In this document: piece after piece, positions 1 to 14,322 of the stretch | Layout: each line of letters opens with the position of its first letter | Position numbering within the stretch: the first letter of the stretch is position 1 | NCBI GenBank assembly: GCA_001244265.2 | Contig: CDLV01000010.1 | Coordinates: forward strand, 1,116,001-1,180,000 | DNA from: Microbotryum violaceum | Lineage: Eukaryota | Length of the DNA: 64,000 bases | Direction of reading: 5' to 3' | Position numbers and translations under genes: made by a program | The notes under the pieces: generated by a model | What the model was told of the DNA's origin: nothing | What the model saw: the letters and a program-made list of their open reading frames with translations, nothing else | Database searches by the model: none

Positions 1-78
1 CGATCCACGACATTCATCGATAAGATGTGTATTCCTATCTACAGCTGGCTGACTTGTCCCCTGGACGCTCACCTACAG

Positions 79-3000
79 ATCCGACAATTGGCTTTGGTCG
101 AACTTCGCAAGAGGATCATCTTCAAGAAGTCGAAGCAGTACCTCGCGCACCCTCAACAATTGCGCACGGCTCTCAAAGTGCGACTTTTGGAAGTCGTCCT
201 AAGTGACATCACGTGCGTTCACACATCCATCTCAGCCACGGCCGGCACGTTCGGCGCTAGGTGGCTGCCGAGGTCGAAGCGTGCGCAAAATTGACCCGAA
301 CGCGCTATAATACCACAGTGGTCAAACACGAGCAGCCGCTGTCCGTGTCATCGCCGCTATCGCTTCGGTTGAGATTGACAAGAACACCTGGCCCGAACTT
401 CTTCCTTGGTTATGGCAAGGCGCATCAGATGCCGACAAGACTCGCCGAGAGGTGTCGAGCCAGTCGATCAACGTTCTGCTCGACCACATCGCCGTTGCCA
501 AGACGAGCAGCAGTCCGTCGGGCAACTACATTCCGCTTTTGATGGAGTTGTTCAGCAAAACTTTGGTCGACTCGGAAAGTCTGACGGTCCGCGTCTGGAC
601 CGTTCGATCGCTCGGACGACTTGCCGAGTACATCGAGAAATCCGAGGGGGCCGAAATTGCTGCCTTTCAATCGCTCGTTCCTGGCATCGTCGGTGTCTTG
701 TCGCAGACGCTCGAGGCTGGCGATGAGACGGCGGCGAAGGAAGGGTTCGAGGTTGTCGAAGGGCTCATGCTTGCCGAGGCTCCTCTCGTTACACCGCATT
801 TGGCCGCCTTGGTGCAATTCCTCCTTTCCGCATCGGCGAACCGAGCCTACGACGATGAGTTGCGCATCATGGCCCTCAACGCCCTCATGTGGACCATCAA
901 GTTCAAGAAGGCCAAAATTCAGTCGCTCAACCTCGCCGGCGCGATCGTCACCGCCCTTCTTCCCGTCGGTGCCGAGCCCGAGCCCGCCGATGCCGATGAT
1001 GACAGCCCGGCCCGCGTCGCCTTCCGAGTCATCGACACCCTCGCCACCTCACTTCCCCCGACCCAGGTATTCCCTCCCCTGTTTGAGTCTGTCCGCCACT
1101 TTGCCGCCTCGCCCGACCCCTTGTTCCGCAAATCTGCCATCACCGCCTTTGGAGTCGTCGTCGAGGGCTGCTCGCTCTTCATCCAGCCTCACTTGGAGCA
1201 ACTCTGGCCCCTCATCTTTGCCGGTCTGGCCGACTCGGAGGTCATCGTTCGCAAGGCTTCGTGTAACGCACTCGGGTGCCTGTGCGAGATGCTTGACGAG
1301 GATTGCGCGCAACAGCACGCCGTTTTGTTGCCGATGATTGCCAAGCTTATGTCAGATCCCGAGACCCAGCGTTCGGCCTGCACGGCGCTTGACTGCTTGC
1401 TCGAGGTGCTCGGCCCTGATATCGATCCCTACATCCCCAGTCTCATGGAGTCGCTGATCACCCTGCTTGACACGGCCTCGCTCGAACTCAAGGGCACGGT
1501 TGTCGGTGCAATCGGATCGGCCGCGCATGCTTCCAAGGCTAAGTTCGCGCCTTATTTCAACGCAGCGATGCAGAGGATCGTCACGTTTTTGTCGTTGACG
1601 GAGGAGGGCGAGGAGCTGCAGCTCCGCGGTGTCGCTCAGGACACGGTCGGCACGCTCGCCGAATCGGTCGGTAAAGAGCTCTTCCGACCGTACTACGCTC
1701 CCTTGATGCAAATCTCGATCGAGGCCATGGTCGTCCCGAACGCACCCACACTGAAGGAGTGCTCGTACATCTTCTGGGCCGTTCTGTCACGCGTCTACGG
1801 TGAAGAGTTCCAGACGTACCTCCCGACGATCATGCCCCTATTGCTCGGTGCCGTTGGGCAGGCGGAGGTCGATGAGCAGACCCTCCTCGGCATGGGGCTC
1901 GGCTCGAACGACTTTGGCACGGGTGCGGATGCTGAGGACGACGATGGTGAGGACGGGTTCGAGGACATCGATGAGGATATCAACTCGGACGACGATGAGG
2001 CTCTTTTTAGCGCCACGACGGCGATCGCTTTGGAGAAGGAGATTGCGGCCGACTCGATCACCGAGCTCTTCAGCAACATCAAAACACCCTTCCTGCCCTA
2101 CGTCGAGAAGACGGTCGAGGCTTTGTTGCCCGGCCTCCAGCACGAATGGCACGAAGGCATCCGAAAGAGCAGCGCTTCGGCCTTGCTCGGCTTTATCGTG
2201 ACCTTCCATGCGATGACGGGCGGACCGAAGTGGCAAAAGGGGACAGCTGGCGCTACACTCGGAGCCAACGTTTCGCAGCTTGCCAATGCCGTTCTTCCCC
2301 CGATCTTTGAGATGTGGGAAGAAGAGGAGGAGAGGGACGTCGTCAACGAGCTGTGCAACGCCGTCTCAGCCGCACTTTTGGCCGTCGGCCCTGCGTTGAT
2401 CTACCCGCAGTACGTCGAGACGCTGGCGCAACATCTTGACCTGATTCTCAAGCGGAAGGCACCGTGCCAGATGTCAGACGAGGATGACGAGGATGGGGTT
2501 GCGGCGGGCGAGCAATCGGAGTACGATGCTCAGCTCATTGGCTCGGCCAGCGATCTCGTTGGCACACTCGCTTCGGTTCTCGGTCACGACTTTGCCCAAC
2601 TCTTCAATACCTTCTTGCCCAGTATGGCGCAATACTACGACCTCGAGCGAGCAACGGGCGATAGGTCGACGACAATTGGTTCGTTGGCTGAGATCGTCAA
2701 CGGCATGGACTCGTCGGTCACACCATGGACCGAGACTCTCTTCCAGCTCTTTGTTCGCGCCCTGTCCGACCCCGAAGCCGAGGTTCAGAGCAACGCCGCA
2801 TTCGCTCTTGGTTCGCTCCTGTACCAAACGCAGCAAGACATGTCGGCACAGTACCTCACCGTTCTCGGCGCGTTGCAGCCCCTCTTTGCGCCGACGAGTG
2901 ATGCGGTCAAGATGGAATCGGCTCGGGATAACGCCATGGGCGCCGTCGCACGCATGATCCTGAAGAACCAGGCCGCCGTGCCGCTCGACCAGGTCTTGCC

Positions 3001-3446
3001 GATCTTCTTGCAAAATTTGCCGCTCAAGCGCGACTTTGCCGAGTCGGAAATGACTGTGAGCACCTCCATCTCAAGGCATCGCGGTGCAATGCTGGTACTA
3101 ATGCACACTCTTTGGTCTCCTTCCGCCTAGTTCAACGCCATCTTCGCGCTCATGCAGTCCCAGAATCCGCTCGTCTTGCAGAATATCGACCACTTGCTCA
3201 CGGTCTTCCAGCAAGCCCTTGCATCGTGCGCCGAGGGCTACCGACCGGCGAACGACGATGCTCAGTTAGACGAACCGACATATCAACGAACCCTCGAGAT
3301 CGCCAAGGCAGTCAACGGCAGCTATCCTGAAAAGATTGCCGCCGCTGGTTAGTCGACAGCCCGGAGACCGATGCTACCTAACAAAGTGCTGATTACACTT
3401 TCCTTTGCACTCTTATCCGAAAGGTCTCACGTCTTATGTCGCGTAA
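79..3446 (+). CDS. KAP123: Importin beta-4 / karyopherin Kap123-like, multi-exon, 5' end upstream of the window
   Basis: Exon from ~79 reads IRQLALVELRKRI (importin-beta N-terminal). Long HEAT-repeat ORF 452-3055 with an acidic loop and ARDNAMGAVARMI. Later GT-AG introns; last micro-exon GLTSYVA* ends at 3446. Confidence 0.88.
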
Positions 3447-3967
3447 TGAGGTGTCTCTTCTCTTTGGTGCGCAACCTTCCATTTAGATAACGTGTTCAAC
3501 TTGGGCTCTACGACCTCGACCGGCCCGCGTTTTAGAAACTCTTTCTGTTCGTTCCATACCCCAAACCCCTTTTCAGAGTTGCGGCATGGCTACTTTCTCT
3601 CACGTTCATTTTTTCTCGTTTATTTTTGCTGGTAATCAATTGTTTTTGCAACTAGTCCTTTTAGTCCAGAATGACTTTGAGGTGGAAGTGTCACTGATGT
3701 CCGGCCTACCTACCTACTTGTTACGTGTCACCTGGCCTCGTATGGGGTCGGAAGCAGTCCGCGTCACACATCATCACATTACCTGCGCCGTGCGGGTCGG
3801 CGATCGGAGACATCGACCCTGGGCGCGGTCGATGACGTATGCGGCGCTAGTGGGGAACGCCTTTGCTCGACCACGGTACCAGTTTTTTCCTTCCGTCCCC
3901 CCATTAACCGTTTGATCGCGACTCAAAGCCCCCCCGCCCCAATCACCCACTTTCAAGTTACTCAATC

Positions 3968-4598
3968 ATGTCGTCCGTCTCTCACGCCGAAGCTCACCAG
4001 GAAGGTTCCGAGAACCAGCCCACGCGATTCGAGGAAGGCAAGGAAGGCGCCCACGACTTGCTCGACAAGACCGATGAGCGATCCATTGCCAACAAGGTTC
4101 GTCCTTGATCGTGATCTATCTGTCCTGAAGTCACGCGAGGGGACCTGTCTTACTCGACGGAGTTTCTCTTTTCCTCAGCTCGCCGCTGCCTCCCAGAAGG
4201 AAAAGGAGGAGAAGGAGGCCGACGCCGACAAGCCCATGCCCACTGAGGTCGCCAGGTGCGTTGAAAGTTTCATTCAAATTCTTTTCCCCCACTCGAGACC
4301 AAAGAAATTCCTTTCTCCCCATCTTGATAATTAGGTCCCATGGCAATGAGCCCTCGCGAGGAGCGTAAGTTGACGGATGACGATTAACGTTGGACTGCCG
4401 TATAGCCCACACCGCTTAGCGCTGAGCTTTATTTTGATCCCTCTCCATGTTCGCAGTAAGATCGACGAGCAAATCATGCTTGAGGAGCAGGCCGAGCTCG
4501 AGCGGTCAGTTTTTTCTAGGTTCGTTTGAGTCGATATCACGACTGAACAAAAAAAAAAACCCCTTTGTCCTCGCGTTTGCAGAAAGGGCAAGGCATAA
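3968..4598 (+). CDS. Small hydrophilic hypothetical protein (~100 aa, 5 exons)
   Basis: Spliced reading MSSVSHAEAHQEGSENQPTRFEEGKEGAHDLLDKTDERSIANK/LAAASQKEKEE...VAR/SHGNEPSRGA/KIDEQIMLEEQAELER/KGKA*, with GT-AG introns. Confidence 0.7.
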
Positions 4599-5339
4599 AT
4601 CACATACCACGCACGGATTGCGAGCAATCTTAGCCCGTAACAATCCATCTGAATGAAGCTCAGCTATACTTGTAATCGCTGTCGCTCGTCCACTGCCCCC
4701 TTGTGCGTGGGATCGTATCAAGCTGATTTTGCTGTCATCGCTACGGCTAATCGCCCGGACCCATCGGCCGACGGTGAACCCCCGCGAGAGGAGCCACACC
4801 TGTTCGCTTCCGGGTTTGGCAAAATGACGGTCGCGACTTGCCGCTTTGAGTCGTAACATCAAGCCAGGGCGAAAGCACATAACGAAGCTCAACAGGAAAA
4901 TATAGTACTTACGCTTTTGAAACCGGACCACCAGTGGTGTTTCAAACCCGAACTTGAGGTGCCTATGCGTCTGGGGTCGATATCACGTCACGTGGGGACG
5001 CGTCTGACGTCTGACGCCTGGTGGGGCGGCCTGATTCAGCCTGTCCCCCTAACTTCTCCGGACATCCCTGTCTCCTGTCTCCATTTGGGCGGTCACCGGG
5101 CGAGCAGCGGAACTTCGTCCTACTTTTAAGAAAGTGACCCCTTTCGTTTGAAAGTGGACATCGGATTGTGATGACCCTCAGATGATACCTGCTGCAGCGT
5201 TCGGCAGCTACGTCGACTCGGAGTCTTGGCTCTCGCTCTGCCCCCGCTTCCTTGCACCCGCCGCAGCTTGTGCTCAAGCCCTTCACGAGTTTCGCACTTT
5301 CTTTTCCATTCAACTTGCATCATCGACGACCCGTCGAGG

Positions 5340-8300
5340 ATGTGGGCTTGCTTCTCCGCCAGCTTGGTGACGGTGACGTGTGCGGCTTTGGCAAGCGCAC
5401 ACGACCCATTCTCAAGGTCGACCATCAGGCATTCCCGCCGCTATTCTCTCCTGCCGGACACGTACATCCTGGAAACAGAATGCCCCGATGCCTCGATCCT
5501 CGCGGAAGCCTCGCCCCGAGTAAGTTACGCTCTACTAGCTACACGCTCGTGCGAGCCCGGAACGGTTCTGCAATTGCTGCTTTAAGCCAAAGCCGAGCGC
5601 CCTCTTTCAGAACTAAAACGAAGCATTTATAGACTTCCGGGGCAAACATGGACAGTCTGGTCACAGAAGTATTGGCTGCGTTTCCGGATGCTCGCCCACG
5701 ACATGTATACGATAGCGCTCTCTTTTGCGGTCTCAGCGTGGAACTTGGCGCCGACAGTCCTCACACTCAACTACTTAGGATTCAGAGACTGAAGGTGAAT
5801 ACGTTCGCACTAATTATGAAGGCCTCTCCCAGGAACTCACCCATTTTTTACAAGTATAGAGTGTCTCTCCTGTCCGATCGATCCAGTTGGGAGTCAGAAC
5901 CGCGGGCAGCTCGGACACTCCTTTCCAGGCGGAAGCCAGTCTCAACGTCGTGCCACGGACTGAGGCGCGCGGCGAAAGCGATTATTTGTCGTCCCACGTT
6001 ATGTTGGAAGTAGACAAGATGCACGAAATGGGTCTATTCGGTAGTCGCGAAACTTTGGCCTGCGTCATCGACAGCGGTCAGTCAGCGACGACGATTTTTC
6101 GGCAGACGGCCGGGAAGAACTGAGCCACAATCTCTTCTAGGAATCGACCTCATGCATCCACTTCTGGGGAATGGATGCTTCGGCTCCAACTGCAAAGTGG
6201 TGACCGGCTACGACTTCGTTGGCGACGACGGTCACTCTCCCAAGCGATCGCCTCAAACGTCTTGTAGCGATCACGGTACACACATTGCCGGTATCCTCGC
6301 GGCCGACAAATTCAAGGCATTCGGTTTCTCTGGAGTGGCACCAAACGCTTCTCTCGGTGTCTACCGAGTGTTCTCGTGCAAAGGCGCGGCGTCCTCGGAC
6401 ACGTTTCTCAAGGCTATGCTCATGGCGGCAGACGATGGCTGTCGAGTGCTTTCTCTCTCCTTTGGCAAGGCTTTGGGATGGGATCAGGACGACGGGGACG
6501 ATCCGTTCCGAAAGGTGGTTTCGAGGCTCGCAACTCGAGGAGTCTTCATTGCCGCTGCTTCCGGAAATGACGCAAGTCAAGGTCTCATGTTTGCTCAAAC
6601 ACCGGCGGATCTTGCCGGCATCCTTGCTGTCGGTTCCGTCGAGCCCGTTGCGGCCCCTCGGGGATTCAAGCTTTCGTTCGAACATAATCGCTACCCCAGC
6701 ATGACGTATCTGGCACTCCGGCCGGTCAACCACTCCCAAACCTTCCAAATCCACTTCCACTCAATTCGTCGAGCTAAAGACACGTCGTGCGACCCTTTGC
6801 TGCCCCGTTCCTCGAATTTCACAAATTCTGTCGTTGTCCTTCAGAAAGGGGCGTGCGGAACGAAGTTAATTCATTTCTTCGTGCGCCACGGAGCACGCGT
6901 CGTGATCGCCCACGACAATGGTGATCCGGAGCAGGCGCAGAATTGGAGACGAACGGCGTACGCGGTACATTCCCAGGAAGGTCTCGAGTGGCTTTTGAAA
7001 TGGCCCACTTCAGCGGTTCACACTGTAAGCGATTCAAGTGGGGGGGGGGGCGTTCGCCGGTCCATAACAGATTCGCAACCTTGGAGCTGACCTGATCTCG
7101 TTCCACCGTTAGCTACTCGATCACTATCTCGACTCATTAGGTGACCTTCAAGTCAACTTTCGGTCCAAGGACCCCGTCCCACAGGACGAGCTTATCGATC
7201 GAGTGGCGGGTGGTTTGGTCTCCGAGTACACCGAATTTGGCCCCGCTGCTACGCTTGACACCTTGGCCGCGCACGTCAGTGCGCCTGGTAGTTCGATTCT
7301 GTCAACATTTCCGCTCAATAAAGGAGGTGAGTAGTGGAAGCCAAGATTGCGTTTCGAAGATGGAGGTTCATGGCCTGCCGTTCGCTCCAGGTTACGGTGT
7401 AGCGAGCGGCACTTCGATGGCGACTCCTATGGCGGCCGGTGTGGCGACTTTGCTCATTTCTCACCGCAAGGACGACCACCTCACACCGGCTCAAATCCGC
7501 TCATTGATGATTACGACTGCAGGGCCTGTTGCTACCAAGCTTAACTCGGTCCACCCACTGACGACGGTGATGCAACAAGGAGGAGGTGGGTGCACAACAG
7601 GCGACAGTCCCATCTCGAATCACGAAGTTTCGCTGAGGTTTGGAGGTAACGTGCAGGACTGGTGTCCGCACATCGGGCTTACCATGCCATGACATTGATC
7701 TGGCCCTATGCGTTGGCGCTCTACGACACCCCGCGACATGTGAAAGACCATGTCGTCACCCTTACCAATACGCACAAGTCGGTTGTCACCTACTCCTTCA
7801 ACTCGGTGCCCAGTCAAACGCTGGCCATGTATAACAAGGTATAAGTGCCAGTAGAAGTGCTTCTTTTGGATGACACTGAGCACAAACGTTCAATGTAGAG
7901 CGCCGCCACTGAGTTTAATCCTTCCCGAGCATCTCCTATCATTCAAGGCTCGGCGACGGTGTCATTCGACCCTCGTCAACTCACGATTGCTGCTGGTCAG
8001 AAGGCGAGTTTCAAAGTGTCGATCGAGCAACCTGCTTTCTCGCCGAGTGACTTGGCTCGGTATCCTACCTATGGAGGCTGGGTCGTCATCCACGCGCAGG
8101 GCGATCTAGTCGGTACCTATCGCATCCCTTACTTTGGTATTGTCGGAGTGCTCCAGCAAGTCCCGATCCTCGATAGGAGCGATTATATGACGAGAGGACG
8201 GGAGAAGTATGCAGGGTTGAGCTACCCGTTCTTGGTGGTGGGCAACAACACAGGATCTGGCTCTGGCGGAACAAAGCACCTATCGTCGCCTCTTGATCAC

Positions 8301-8937
8301 AAGAAGAGTGGCGTGGTTTCCGTCTCTCGTGCACGCGGTTTAGACGTCATTTACCGACTTGCGAGTAGGTCTTGCAGGAATACAATCCTTAGAGCATCAG
8401 AGCTCATGAGATCCCTTTGTGTACAGTGCCGACGGATAGGATCTACTTTGACGTAATCCATGCCGAGCCCTCGACCGCAAGTTCGCACAACGCTTCGACT
8501 GCGCGTCCTCATCGGGTTTACCCGATCCGTTCTTCGGAACCCGAGCCTTGGACCACCGTCGGGCCGAGGGAGACGTCACTAGGCTCCCGATTTATCGGTA
8601 ATTGGATCTGGTTCTCAGGCTTGCCGCGCAACACCGACGAATTCGCCCAAGAGCCAGCGATCGATAGCAATATGGGCACGTTTTATGGTCAACTGGCTTC
8701 TTCGTATGGGGCGGATGCCCCGTACGACATCAGGCTGGGCTCGAACGTCCCGGTTCGGTTCTTGGTAAGGTCAGTACAGATGTATTCTATTTGCACGATA
8801 TTTCAAACATCGCTGAGTTCGGTTCCGGTAACACGTGCAGAGCGCTGAGACTGGGTGCGACCGATAACCCCGAGGACTACGAGAATCAGGGGGTGTACGA
8901 TACATGGACGAGCGACCCCTTTGAGTTCATTGATTGA
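5340..8937 (+). CDS. Secreted subtilisin-like serine protease (S8), probably with PA and C-terminal Fn3-like regions
   Basis: Signal-like N-terminus MWACFSASLVTVTCAALASA. Catalytic motifs VIDSG/IDL, HGTHIAG, AASGN and SGTSMATP, then QQGGG; about 8 introns. Confidence 0.9.
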
Positions 8938-9233
8938 AGCCTGATGCTTCCTCGCGGACCACACCAACCGAACCCATTTCATAGCCTTTTAGTCGTTTGT
9001 CCATGCTTCGTATCCACCTGCACTATTGGGCTCCTCCAGCCCCGAAATGAAGCCTCCTCTCACTGTTTCGCGCGGTAAATTCCCGGCTGATTTCTGGCAG
9101 TTGCCGTGCCCCGCTCGACTCGGAGACGATGTTCCATGACTGTCACTGTCTGTCACTGTGGCAGGTGCGCGCGCCGCCTCGTCTCTCTTTTTTTTCCCGC
9201 CTGCTCGTCACTCGCTAACCTACCCAACTCACC

Positions 9234-11111
9234 ATGACTGTCTCGCCCGTCTTTGAACTCGTACGTCTCGTCTCTGACCCTGCTGGGATGTCAAACCTCC
9301 CCCGATGAGGCGGTGAACGCGTCCGCGGAGAACTCAATCTATCGACGCGCCGCAACGTGTCCGAGCAGTTTGAGCTGAGCGAACTCATGTCCCGTCCCTT
9401 GTGGACTCGTGCAGGTCTGCGGCGCCCAGAGTTACGACTGGGGCAAGCTTGGCAAAGTGAGTCAACCCCGGCGACTAGAGCAGTGCATACATGAATTGCA
9501 GTCTCATCCTGGGGCGCCGATGGACACCTGCAGGACGGCTCCAAGGTCTCGCAGTTCGCTCAAGGCTTGCCGGACTTCAAGTATGACGAGGACAAGCCTT
9601 ATGCCGAGGTTCGTCACGGAACGAGTGTAAGTCAACATGCATAAACAGCTCGGAAGCTGATAATGTACCGATGCTCCGTCAGCTCTGGATGGGCACCCAC
9701 CCGTCGTGCCCCTCGACCCTGCTCGAGACTAAGGAGAACCTCAAGCAATACCTCAAGCAACACCCCGAACTGCTCGGTGAAAAGGTCGTCAAGCACTTTG
9801 GTGACGACTTGCCCTTCCTCTTCAAGGTGCGTTGCTGTTTGATGTGACAGATGCCCCAGGAACGGATATCTGGCCCCACGCTGACGTCGGTGTTCGATCG
9901 TCTCATGCTCAGGTGTTGGCGATCCGAAAAGCGCTCAGTATTCAGGCTCATCCCGACAAGAAGCTTGCCAAGAAGCTTTACGATGAGCGGCCCGACATCT
10001 ACAAGGGTCAGATCCGAAGCAGGCGTATCGCTGCTCGAATCACTGCAAATTGCTGACTCGCGACTTGCCTTTTCTCGATCCAGACCCCAACCACAAGGTG
10101 AGTTAGTTCAAACACACGATATAGTAATTCTTTCAGACTAGCACCTAATCCTTCGATTGTGCGTACTCAGCCCGAGATGGCCGTTGCTCTGACTCCCTTC
10201 TCTGGCTTCTGCGGGTTCCGACGACCCTCCGAGATCGCCTCGTTCCTCTCCAGCATCCCCGAGCTCGCTTCAGTTGTCGGGGACAAGGTTGCGGAGTCGT
10301 TCCGATCCAAGTTCGGTGACAACGCGTCCCCTTCCGAGGAGGACAAGAAGGCCGGTCTCAAGGATCTCTTCTCGGCCTTGATGAAAGCCGACGAGGCCAA
10401 CGTGAAGACCCAGGTCGAAAAGCTGGTCGAGCGCCTCGCCAAGGAGAAGAACCAGACCGAGGAGACTCGTTTGGTCGCCACCCTCAATAGAGACTTCCCC
10501 GGAGATATCGGCATCTTCTGCACCTTCTGCCTCAACATTGTTCACCTCAAACCGGGAGAAGCTGTCTTCCTCAAGGCGAATGAACCCCATGCCTACCTCG
10601 ACGGAGGTGGGTTGACGGCTCAACTTGCAGCGTCAGGTTTTGTTTGCTGACGATCGCGCGTCATATTGATTTAGACATCATGGAGTGCATGGCCACCTCC
10701 GACAACGTCGTCCGAGCCGGTTTGACCCCCAAGCTCCGAGATGTCCCCACCTTGACGACGATGTTGACCTATACCTCTTCGCCGCCGTCCGAGCAAATCC
10801 TTCCCCCCGTCAAGTTCCGCTCGACGCAACACACGACCTTGTACGACCCCCCGATCGAGGAGTTCTCCGTTTTGTTGACCGTGCTTGAGCAAGGTCAAAC
10901 AGAGAAGTTTGAGCCGATCGATGGGCCGAGCATCTTGATCTTCACTGAATTGCAAGGCGACGCATCGGCTGAGTTGAAGGTCGGCCAAGAGAAGGGAAGC
11001 GAGGTAACGAGGACGGGCCAAGTGTTCTTTATTGGTGCGAGCGTGGAAGCTGAGATTGAGGCGACGGGTGGTAAGGTCGTGGCTTACAGGGCTTTCGTCG
11101 AGGCGCCTTGA
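9234..11111 (+). CDS. PMI40: Mannose-6-phosphate isomerase (type I)
   Basis: Motifs QSYDWGK, LWMGTHPS, KALSIQAHPDK, DPNHKPEMAVALT, ANEPHAY and MECMATSDNVVRAGLTPK across exons. Confidence 0.95.
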
Positions 11112-11288
11112 TTGCATGGTAGTACCAATACGCAGAGTAGGCTTTGAAGCCGGCGGATGGAAAACTTTGTGTGCAGACTTGAAATGACGGAACGGACAAT
11201 TGCGATGTGATCCATTATGCGATTCTTGCGCTATTATGTACAACAAGACAGGGAAGACCAAAACAAACAAACAAACTGTCCTGTATGA

Positions 11289-13565
11289 TCACACCTCACC
11301 GCTCGTCTCGAGCCTCTCGTACCGACTTTGGCCACTCCTACCCGACTGCTCTTCATCGTGGGCTGTCATTCCTCCTCGACCAGGATCCTCGAATAGGGCC
11401 TTGATCTCATGCAAAGCCAGTCCTTTCGTCTCAGGCAAGAGCCAGTACGCGAATAGGAAGCCTACCAATGAGATCGCGGCGAAGAGCAAGAACGCGCCTC
11501 CGGGAGTGATGAGTTGAGCCAAGTGTAGATACGTCGAAGCGACGATGAGGTTTGCAGACCACTGCGCTCATCAAAGGGTGGAATCATAGGTCAGCGCTGG
11601 ATCGCTAAATAGTCTACGTCCGTACCACACCCTCACTCACATTCGTAGCTAAGACAAGATCCAGAGTGCGCTTCCGGTGGTTAGGGCATGAAATCCTGGC
11701 TGGACGTGCGGCCACTCGTCGAAAACTCACCAGTAGCTAAGCTTGTTCCAATCCCTCTCAGCTCATGCGAAAACACCTGACAAGAGACGAAGCTTATTCA
11801 GCATCCACGAGCATGTCCAACATACATTCCATCGAACTGACCTCGCTTTGCACGACCCAAGCAACGTTTCCCACCCCCAGAGCGTAATTGCTCGTAAAGA
11901 TTGCCATGCCAACTAGCGCGAACCAGGCAGCCACACCAGGTCGCTCGCTAACAATATGTGTTGACGCGGTTGTCGTACTCTTGGGGATGAAGAAGAAGGA
12001 TACTCCCAGCACGAGCATGCCGGCGCCCATTCCCAAAAGTGTCCGGAGCAAGAGGGGTCGACGGCCAAGACGATCGATGAGGCGCAATGCGATGATGGTG
12101 CATACACTGTGGAATGCCACCACATTCAGCTTGGAATCGAAGGACACTCCATGGGGTCTATAAGACTCACAAATTCGTCATAGCGACGATCATGGCGAAG
12201 GAGGCGGGGTTGGAGAAATGCGCAGCTTGTAAAATCTTGCCCGAGCTACGTTGACAGGTTCGGTCAGTTGGCTCGACAGTTTGAACATCACGGAACACTA
12301 CGCCACGAGAACTGACTAGTACATCAGACAATTGAAACCCGTCGCCTGTTGAATAGCTTGAAGCCCAATCGCAAGAACCAAAGCCCGTCGGTTCGCTCGG
12401 TCCCGCCAGATCAGTTCGATGAACTCGTTCTTCGTTTCGATCAACCCCCTTGGGTTCCATCTTCGGGTCTTCGTCAGCTCATTGTCGCCGCCACGATTCG
12501 GGTTCGAGACTTCACGTTCGATCCGCTCGATCCTTCGCTGAATGGACGCTTCGCTTGATCGAGGATAGATCGATTTGAGCGTCTTCCTGGCCACCGGAAT
12601 CTGCCCTTTACTGATTAGATAAGTGGGACTTTCAACGAGATCGAAGGCAAGGATCAGTTGCACAATGGCCGGGACACTCCCGAGTCCAAACATGAATCGC
12701 CAGCCTTTTTCGACCCGGAAGAACACTGCATCGACGGAGTAGGCCAAGACTTGACCAGCAGTGATGAGTACGACCAAGCTTCCCACGATTCGACCACGAA
12801 ACTTGGCCGGTGAACACTCGCTGAGATAGATGGGGAGTATGGCGCTGCTGATGCCGACGGCGACACCGACGATGATCCTGCCGAGAATGACCTCCTTGTA
12901 GACCTGGGCTGCAGCTTGCTCGAATGCGCCTAGAATAAAGAGGATTGACGAGAAGACCAACAAAGGTTTTCGACCGAATCGATCGACGAATTGGCCCGCT
13001 GCGATGGAACCGACGAGTGCACCGAGCAGCGCGGAGGAGACGAGCCATTCTTGCTGGAAGGTCGTTAGAGCAACTCCACCGAGCGAGGTGCCGAGCACGA
13101 GCAGGGCACCCGAAACTACCCCAGTATCAAAGCCACTGAACGAAGAGAGCGTGACACGAACACAATCAGAATCCAGCTTCTTCAGAGACCGGTGCGGTAG
13201 AGTTCGGGCATCGATAGCCCGAGCAACTACCTGAGCGGCGAAAATACGAACAAGAGAAGCCCTGCCAGTCCAGAGGCCACTGATGTTAGCTCAATCGACT
13301 AGAGTGGTGTGTACTCACTCGTTGGCTCACCTCCCAATCCAGCCACGACCGACAGTCGAATCAAGGCCGGTGTGACGGTGACTTCTTCCTCGACCGCGCG
13401 GTCCTCCTCCCTTGCTTCCCAGTCCGATTCATCGTCATCATCGGCATCACCATCAACTACGGCACTCATAGGATCTAGTGAGCTCGCGGATGTTGCTGTT
13501 GACTCCGTTGCTGCGGGGTGATGTGGTGCTCCCGCTGTCGCGGAGGTCACGGTCGGCGATCCCAT
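11289..13565 (-). CDS. MFS sugar porter, myo-inositol transporter (ITR)-like
   Basis: GGLLFGFDTG (spliced), DRFGRK, GRIIVG, YLSECSP, WRFMFGLG, ESP, QQATGFN, DRLGRR, TATNWSAN, LPETKG. Start codon uncertain. Confidence 0.9.
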
Positions 13566-14157
13566 TCTGCCGCCAGCATTTGAAGTGGGGGGAAGCGAGA
13601 CCGAAACCGGCGACCCACGTGCCACTGCAGTCGTTGACCGAGCACTGCAGTGATAATTCGCTCGTGCGACCGGTTCACGCTTATTCTCGTCGTTACTAAC
13701 TAATCACCTTGACGAGAATCGCCTTCCCCTTTCGTCCACACCCAATCATCGCATGTAGTTTTTCCCCCCGACCGACCACCCCCCACCCGCGCAACGCATG
13801 GAAAGCCTCGACGATGGAGTACTGAGAGATGAATGCCGTCGTCGTCGTTTTGGTTTGATGGTGGAGCAGAAGACGTCTTTTGAGCGGTTGAAGAGATGAA
13901 ATCGCAATCACACTCGAAACTAGAATTGAAAGGCATGGCGGACGGTTGAGAGCGAAATGAAAGCTTGCGACCTAGAGCCAATGGGGAGGCCTCTCACCAC
14001 GATTGGGCTTGTAGAGATCACTGACAAGAGCAGGTCAACGACTGGCGTCGGCCCGAGGATTAGACGGCTCACTTCGGTATGGGCTGGCGACCCTTCGAGG
14101 CGCTGGCTTGGGGGCTCAATTGAGCCCGGACCCCTTCGGAGAGTTTGAGGTTCTCGA

Positions 14158-14283
14158 TTGTGCCTATTCTTTAACACCATGGAATAGGAAGGGTGGTTGG
14201 TGCTCACCTGATCGAAATCACACTTTTGGTGGTTTCAGGAGTGTGGGGGCTGCATGGATCTAGTGGCTATGACTTTAGATAAG
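14158..14283. repeat. Degenerate repeat relic, copy A (homologous to 62786-62903 in reverse orientation)
   Basis: Collinear shared blocks ttgtgcctattc ... cttttg(g)tggtt ... ctgcat(g/a)gatc ... tggct(a/c)tgacttt match the reverse complement of 62786-62903. Confidence 0.6.
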
Positions 14284-14322
14284 TCCAATCTCCCTTCTCA
14301 AGAAACATTGATTTTGCGTAGA

